A stretch of DNA of 28,707 nucleotides from a virus (Duplodnaviria; Caudoviricetes). Location: positions 1-28,707 of the IMG/VR virus record IMGVR_UViG_3300020042_007322; one strand, written 5' to 3'. The notes under the pieces are model-generated. The model worked only from the letters and a program-made list of their open reading frames with translations. It searched no databases and had not been told where the DNA came from. The translations under genes and the position numbers were made by a program. Of this stretch, positions 24,201 through 28,707 are shown piece by piece (position 1 is the stretch's first letter; each line of letters starts with the position of its first letter).

Positions 24201-27200
24201 CTTGGATACGTACAAATCTATATCCTTGTCTGCTAATCTGCATAGACTTAATGTTTTCAGAATCAGGGAATCCTTTTTCTTTAATGTTCTTTTTGACTTC
24301 TCTGTTGTATTTAAATCTTTCAATTGGATTTAAGAATGCAGATTTAACTTGAGCCCATTTTCCTTCAGGATAAACATATGGGTTTTCCATGCGCAAATAT
24401 ACAGGCAATACGTTAGCTTGTTCTTTACGTTTTCTAAAGTCTGGTTTTGCATACATGCTTGCAAAGCTAGCATCTGGCGTAAAGTAAATTCCAGCTAACC
24501 CAAAAGCACCGAATCTAGGGTCTCTTTCTTTGGCTATTTGATAAGCAGATTTAAATTGGTCAATATCTTTTTTAGTTCCATGATACATAACCTTTGGATT
24601 GCCTTTTTCATCGACAATCTTAGAGTCACCAAACCATTGTTTAAATTCTGGAGTGTTGGCTTGTTGTAATCTAGCTTCCAAGCCTTTTTCTTTATCAGAC
24701 AAAATAACTTTTGATGGGTCTATTTTTTCATAAGCTGCATGTTTTAAAGATGCCGTTACTAAATCTTTTATCTCAGAAGAAGATAGATCTTTAATGATAT
24801 TATTTTTAATTAAGAATGTTTTAATGGCCTGAACAATACGTTTCCATAGACTATGGTTAGGAGCGGATTCGCCAAGATGAGCAAGCACCTCTTCTAAGAA
24901 AGCAGCTTTTGATTCTTCTTTCTCTAATAGCTGTGCATATGATTCTGTTTGCAATACTGTATCCCATGCTTCTTTAACCGCTGCATCTGTTTTGTGAAGC
25001 TTTTCAATGTTAGCAAGTAAGTTTTTATATGCAACATCACCAAGCATTCTTCTCATACCATAATGAACTCCAACCTCATGTAGTATCATTGGTTTTAATT
25101 CATACGGCAATACACGATCAGTAATAATATATGATGTGTTAGTAACAGGGTCGTAGAATGCACGAGTGTTATTTGTAATTTGATCTAATAATCTTGTATC
25201 TAATTGATTTGCAGATGCAACAAGTCTAAGCTTTTTATCGTCTAGTAATTTTCTTCCTTCTTTTCCTAAAATCTTTCTAATAATTGAATCAGCAACATCT
25301 GGCGTTGTGCCGCCTTTAATCTTACCTTGAGATAAAAATATTTTGCCTTGCTCTTCAGCAGCAGCTGCTTGTGCTGCTTCATTAGGTGTCATTTGTTGTT
25401 TAGCTAGGTTCTTTTCATAAACCATGTTCTCATGTTGAAGCTTTGCCATTTCATATTCATACGTATGAACTTTCTCACCAGTCTTAATCATGTCTGAGAT
25501 ATAGTTATATCCTGGACGAGCATCATAAAGCCCATCTTGTGATACAGCTGTAGTTCTTAGATCTGGTGGTAAGTAATCATCAAGCTTACCATCTTTAACT
25601 AGCGTTAATAGATCATTACCTTTTACTCTAAACACATGATCATAGCCTTCGATCTTGCCTGTTTCACCAAGCATATCTCGTTTTTGTTCACGGCTAATAC
25701 CACCTTCTTGAACTAATCTTGCAGATAATGTTTGTGTAGGAGGCTCTCTAAACTTTTCTTCACGAATCTCTTGTTTAAGTTGTTTTTCTTTTTCAGCTTC
25801 TTGATCAGCTAAGTTTTGTTGTAAAGCGATAGCAGATTCACGAGCTAATTTATCAGCGTCAGCTTTGTTGATAAGTCTACCGCCAACTGGAGTAAATTCT
25901 TTTTCTTCTTCGGTAATAACGCCTGTAGGTTCTTCTGTAGTCTTAACTTCTTCAAGGGGACTATATTTACTTTTCCCTACTACTCTAGCGCCTCTTTCAT
26001 TTGACCATTTATAAAATTGTTCACGAGACATTGTGCCATTAGTTGCAAGCCCTGCATCTTCTAAAGCCTTTTGTTCCTCAAGAGTAAAACCTTGGAGAGA
26101 TAATTCAATAGGTTTACCATTATATAAATCATTATAAAAAACTCTATTTAAGCCTTCTTCCATGTCTCCATTAAACGCACTATCAGGAACAGATGTAACT
26201 GGTTTAACTTCTGTTTTAACTGGCGCTTTTTCTTCTGGCACATATTCAATATCTTTACCAGCTAACTCATCAAGCATAGCTTGAGTATCATGTGAAGTTT
26301 TAACTTCTGTAGTTTCTTTTGCTGGTAGCCCAGCTGTTTCATCAATAGTTAATCCATATGTTTTAGCAATAGCATTTGGATCAGTAATGTTGTTTTTTAA
26401 GAAGTCGTATTCGGCTCTTTCTTTGTCTGTAATAAGTTGAGGTTCTTGACCTTTGACTGTCCTTGGTTTTCCATCAGGACCAACGCCTTCATAATCTGGA
26501 GTTCCTTTCATCTTTGTTTCTATTTGATTTAAACGTGTTTGAGCAGCCAATAAAACTCTATCAGAGCTTACTGTTTCTACTGGGACTAGAGTTTCTGAAA
26601 CTTCAGGAGGTATAACGTCTGGCTCTACTCGTTCTTGTGTGGCAGGTGTTTGTGTTGCTTTTGTAAAAGCTCGTTTAGCCGCACCTGCTGCTGCTGGAGC
26701 GCCACCTAATACTGCTGTAGTTAATAATGTAGGACCAGCAACTTCTTTGTAAGACTTTTTCCAATCTTCAGCGCTTGACCAACTTCTTTCTGCGTCTTGA
26801 TGCATACCAGCTTTACGTTCTACATTAGATTGACCTAATTGAGTAGCTGTTTCACCAGCAAGTTCTAGACCTAATTCACCAGTAAAGGCTGCTACAGGTT
26901 TTAATATCTTGCCTTTAAGAGCTTCTTTAAATATGTATTTACCAGCACCAAGTCCTACTGTTGAGCTAATAGCTTCCCATCCAGCTTCATGCAAACCATG
27001 TATATTTGCTAGTTCGTCTACAGCACCTTTACCCCTTACGTCAAGATTAAATTCTTTAGCTTTTGCTTGCATTTCTGGCGACTGAGCAATCTTAACAAAC
27101 TCTTCATTTGTAATTGGTATGCCACGCTGTTCAATAGATGCTTGATTTAAACCTTCTCTCAAATCACGTAAGAAACTATTTGTGTCAATGTTATATGCAA

Positions 27201-27849
27201 CTTTACCAGCTGTTGCGGCCCCAGCGCCATAACCAGCAATAGGATTTTTTGTAGCAGCTGTAGTTCCTAGACCTGATAATAAAGCAGATCCCATAGCTAC
27301 AAGGGAGAAAGATAAGTTTTGTGGAAGGTTTCTAATGTCGCTACGTTTAATCTTAGCGCCTAAGAAGTCAGTATAAACATCCTCGGCACCCTTGATAGCC
27401 ATATTAGCTTCAGCTGCTTTGCGTGCATCTTCTACAATCTTATTGGCTGTAGATTCCTGATCTGCAATAGTTTCAACATCCTTACCTTGATAAGCCTGAA
27501 TGGCTGAACTAGCTAATTGTTCTGGGAATTGTTTTGCTGCAGCAAATACATCTGATGCTAACTCTCTTGCACCAGGACCTTTTGGACCACGAGTAGGTTC
27601 AACACCTACAAGCTTTTGTAGGATTGTTTGTTCTGGAACAGGAGGTTCTTGGTTTTGAAGAATGGGGGGTATGGGAGCACCTTCAGGGCCAACTTGAGGG
27701 GCTTGTGGTTTTACTTGTATTTCAGGAGCTATAGACGTGGCAGGTTGTGCCGAGAAGGCATTATATCTGGCAAGCAAATCAGCTTGCGTTATGTTATCTG
27801 GGACGTTCTTTACAAGAGTCCCATCAGGCATCCTGACATCTATAGGCAT
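21247..27849 (-). CDS. Large polyvalent, probably virion-injected protein: zincin metallopeptidase + ADP-ribosyltransferase (ART-PolyVal-like) + LPD38-like C-terminus
   Basis: LHEVGVH...EEVLA (~25080); FKQWFGDSK...YHGT...GIYFT...VYL...GYDGII...VFEPNQIKS (~24080-24655); C-terminal FIIP...PYPLG...ENKDSFGRPI. Confidence 0.8.
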   Translation of the reverse strand: MPIDVRMPDGTLVKNVPDNITQADLLARYNAFSAQPATSIAPEIQVKPQAPQVGPEGAPIPPILQNQEPPVPEQTILQKLVGVEPTRGPKGPGARELASDVFAAAKQFPEQLASSAIQAYQGKDVETIADQESTANKIVEDARKAAEANMAIKGAEDVYTDFLGAKIKRSDIRNLPQNLSFSLVAMGSALLSGLGTTAATKNPIAGYGAGAATAGKVAYNIDTNSFLRDLREGLNQASIEQRGIPITNEEFVKIAQSPEMQAKAKEFNLDVRGKGAVDELANIHGLHEAGWEAISSTVGLGAGKYIFKEALKGKILKPVAAFTGELGLELAGETATQLGQSNVERKAGMHQDAERSWSSAEDWKKSYKEVAGPTLLTTAVLGGAPAAAGAAKRAFTKATQTPATQERVEPDVIPPEVSETLVPVETVSSDRVLLAAQTRLNQIETKMKGTPDYEGVGPDGKPRTVKGQEPQLITDKERAEYDFLKNNITDPNAIAKTYGLTIDETAGLPAKETTEVKTSHDTQAMLDELAGKDIEYVPEEKAPVKTEVKPVTSVPDSAFNGDMEEGLNRVFYNDLYNGKPIELSLQGFTLEEQKALEDAGLATNGTMSREQFYKWSNERGARVVGKSKYSPLEEVKTTEEPTGVITEEEKEFTPVGGRLINKADADKLARESAIALQQNLADQEAEKEKQLKQEIREEKFREPPTQTLSARLVQEGGISREQKRDMLGETGKIEGYDHVFRVKGNDLLTLVKDGKLDDYLPPDLRTTAVSQDGLYDARPGYNYISDMIKTGEKVHTYEYEMAKLQHENMVYEKNLAKQQMTPNEAAQAAAAEEQGKIFLSQGKIKGGTTPDVADSIIRKILGKEGRKLLDDKKLRLVASANQLDTRLLDQITNNTRAFYDPVTNTSYIITDRVLPYELKPMILHEVGVHYGMRRMLGDVAYKNLLANIEKLHKTDAAVKEAWDTVLQTESYAQLLEKEESKAAFLEEVLAHLGESAPNHSLWKRIVQAIKTFLIKNNIIKDLSSSEIKDLVTASLKHAAYEKIDPSKVILSDKEKGLEARLQQANTPEFKQWFGDSKIVDEKGNPKVMYHGTKKDIDQFKSAYQIAKERDPRFGAFGLAGIYFTPDASFASMYAKPDFRKRKEQANVLPVYLRMENPYVYPEGKWAQVKSAFLNPIERFKYNREVKKNIKEKGFPDSENIKSMQISRQGYRFVRIQEVNKLKAQGYDGIISPDGQMYIVFEPNQIKSAIGNKGTFDTTSANILESQRPPRNIRGQEVLPQWHGPEESKLDLWLYRLQNKQIDTKRVQELIGDIEEDWNVYEKEQLYHGRTAAGIRNFLLKELLPIIKEIERLKISPEDVRTYLHNRHAEERNIQMNKINPDIYDERTGRTIPNPLKDKGSGISTPDARAYLAGLDPARKQVLEQIATKFDQMVKGTQQILINSGAESPETIAKWNSTYEHYVPLFRVEDEMARPTGMGGTGQGFGVRGAFSKRALGSEKDVQDILSNIIAQRERALIRAEKIRVGRALYGLAIQNPNSDFWLAINPDAIRNKKQAIAELRRMGVPDAEQMIDNLMAEPKERYLKKTRAAEEGFEPDEDFDFDSGLPVNESKEVVASKVNVMARYKDFVFPVRINGKDRYIFFNKNDPRALRMVQALKNLDVEQLGYLENIFGIFTRWFKSVNTQYNPVFGLVNFVRDFGGTLLNLTNTEIKGKQAQVIAGAYKAMGGILNVHRAERKGKPLPTGPWAKLYQEARDEGFQTGYRDSLIRNQEEMQIVEHTISQFKDGNTKKAFYAVLGGLTDYNDMMENAFRLSAYKVARDQGLSKQKAAIIAKNLTVNFDRKGAWTKSVNVLYAFFNASVQGTERIYQTLKGPKGKMIIGGGILAGMVQAVMLAAAGYGDDDPPEFVRERNFIIPLVDGTYLTVPYPLGYNILPNSGRIVMDFMIHGGRNPGKHMTSLMSSVMNSFNPLGSSGFAIQTLMPTAIDPIVALAENKDSFGRPIYRPDRATAPTPGYTRSRDTASTLGKGIAEFLNWASGGTKYQKGSISPTGDEVDFLAGQVGGGLYREVTKAGKAVSAAITGEEIPSYQRPVVGRFLGSTGSPAAVSQTFYNNVTRMTDHENEIKGRMKNREDVEGYLNDNPEARLWKRANTIENKINELNKRKRMFIERGFPKERVQAVDAQKTLLMQRFNDQVSNLTPE

Positions 27850-27852
27850 AGT

Positions 27853-28707
27853 CTACTTAGTAGGTAGTTGATTAAAATCTACTGCTTTACTTCCACCAAA
27901 AAGGTTTTCAAAGAAACCTGGCTCTTTTTTAGGTGCCACTTCTTTTGGTTTTCTTGCTTCAGGTGCAGTAAGTCCAGACATATAATTAGCCATGACACTA
28001 TCTTTTGGAGCACCTTTAAATGCCTCGTAAGTTAATCTTTCTGCATCTAATTGTAATTCATTCTCATCAACTGGTAAACCAAGATCACTAAATTGTTTAC
28101 GCAATGATAATACATTTTTAGTTAGAACATCGCCATATAATTTAGCGGCAGTAAGTTGGTTAGTAGCAAGTTGAGAAGCTTTTGTAGCATCACGAGTAGC
28201 TGCAATTTGAGCCATTTGTAATACTTTATTTTTCTTAGCTGTGTCAGCTTGGATTGCATAGCCCAACATTTGAGCTTCACGAGCTTCTTTATTTTTCTCT
28301 TCACCAGATTTAAGCTCAAGAAGTTTTTCTCTTTGTTGTGCAATATCTTTACCTTCGCCAGACATATAGTCTAATGCTGATTTACCAGCAGCGCCTACAT
28401 TCGTAAGAGCGTAAGGTGAAGTGCCAGCCATCATGTCTAAACCAAAACGAGTTAAACCTTCATAACCCATGGCTTTTTTACGCTCAGCAATACCAGCTTC
28501 CAAAGCTTCTCTTTGGGCTTTAACCGTTGGGCTTTCTGCATATTTTTGAGATAGTTTTTGTGCAATATAAGTATCCCAGTCGTAGTCACCTTTTTTATCT
28601 TTAGGTATAACGTTAGGATCCATAGATGGTAAAGATGTTGTAGATGGAACTACATCACCATCAGCAAAAGCTAATAAACCACCACCAGCCATTTGAGTCA
28701 TCTCACC
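27853..28707 (-). CDS. Probable internal virion/ejection protein, 5'-truncated
   Basis: Frame open to the window edge; MAGGGLLAFADG motif, Ala/Gln-rich helical; directly upstream of the polyvalent protein. Confidence 0.6.
   Translation of the reverse strand, partial: GEMTQMAGGGLLAFADGDVVPSTTSLPSMDPNVIPKDKKGDYDWDTYIAQKLSQKYAESPTVKAQREALEAGIAERKKAMGYEGLTRFGLDMMAGTSPYALTNVGAAGKSALDYMSGEGKDIAQQREKLLELKSGEEKNKEAREAQMLGYAIQADTAKKNKVLQMAQIAATRDATKASQLATNQLTAAKLYGDVLTKNVLSLRKQFSDLGLPVDENELQLDAERLTYEAFKGAPKDSVMANYMSGLTAPEARKPKEVAPKKEPGFFENLFGGSKAVDFNQLPTK

Noticed and set aside
22218-28343. Short alternative-frame ORFs within the two large virion genes
   Set aside because: Out-of-frame or antisense by-products with no RBS or motif support.
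1-28707. tRNA, rRNA, DGR/reverse transcriptase, integrase, alternative genetic code
   Set aside because: No cloverleaf, RT or recombinase motifs seen. Differences between the repeats are not adenine-specific, and long genes read normally in the standard bacterial code.

Overview
AT-rich, gene-dense fragment of a tailed dsDNA phage genome. A Methylophilaceae-type pqqA suggests a methylotrophic betaproteobacterial host (inference). Layout: (1) 1-8635 is a rearranged early region of tiny, often acidic ORFs. It holds a diverged inverted duplication (1-~1400 vs ~2660-3466) and a terminase small subunit (4758) fused to an unrelated early ORF. Two apparently reciprocal breakpoints (~1735, ~5411) share a TGAGG core and AGCGAACC arms. 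(2) 8737-9117 is a SleB-like cell-wall hydrolase. (3) 9133-13085 is a minus-strand TOPRIM primase/SF2 helicase operon, preceded by a structured non-coding region and a candidate sigma70 small RNA with anti-Shine-Dalgarno loops. (4) 13812-14540 is a plus-strand cassette: pqqA, an 8-codon micro-ORF and a 2OG-Fe(II)-type oxygenase. (5) 14542-20812 is a minus-strand recombination/nucleotide-metabolism operon (Cas4/RecB-like nuclease, DUF3310, ERF, SSB-like, RHH, DUF1364, SprT-like, metallophosphoesterase, DUF1289). (6) RusA, then a 2200-aa polyvalent protein (zincin, ADP-ribosyltransferase, LPD38-like domains) and a partial virion protein. No tRNA, rRNA, CRISPR, integrase or terminase large subunit was seen. 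All family calls come from motif recognition by eye; no database searches were run.
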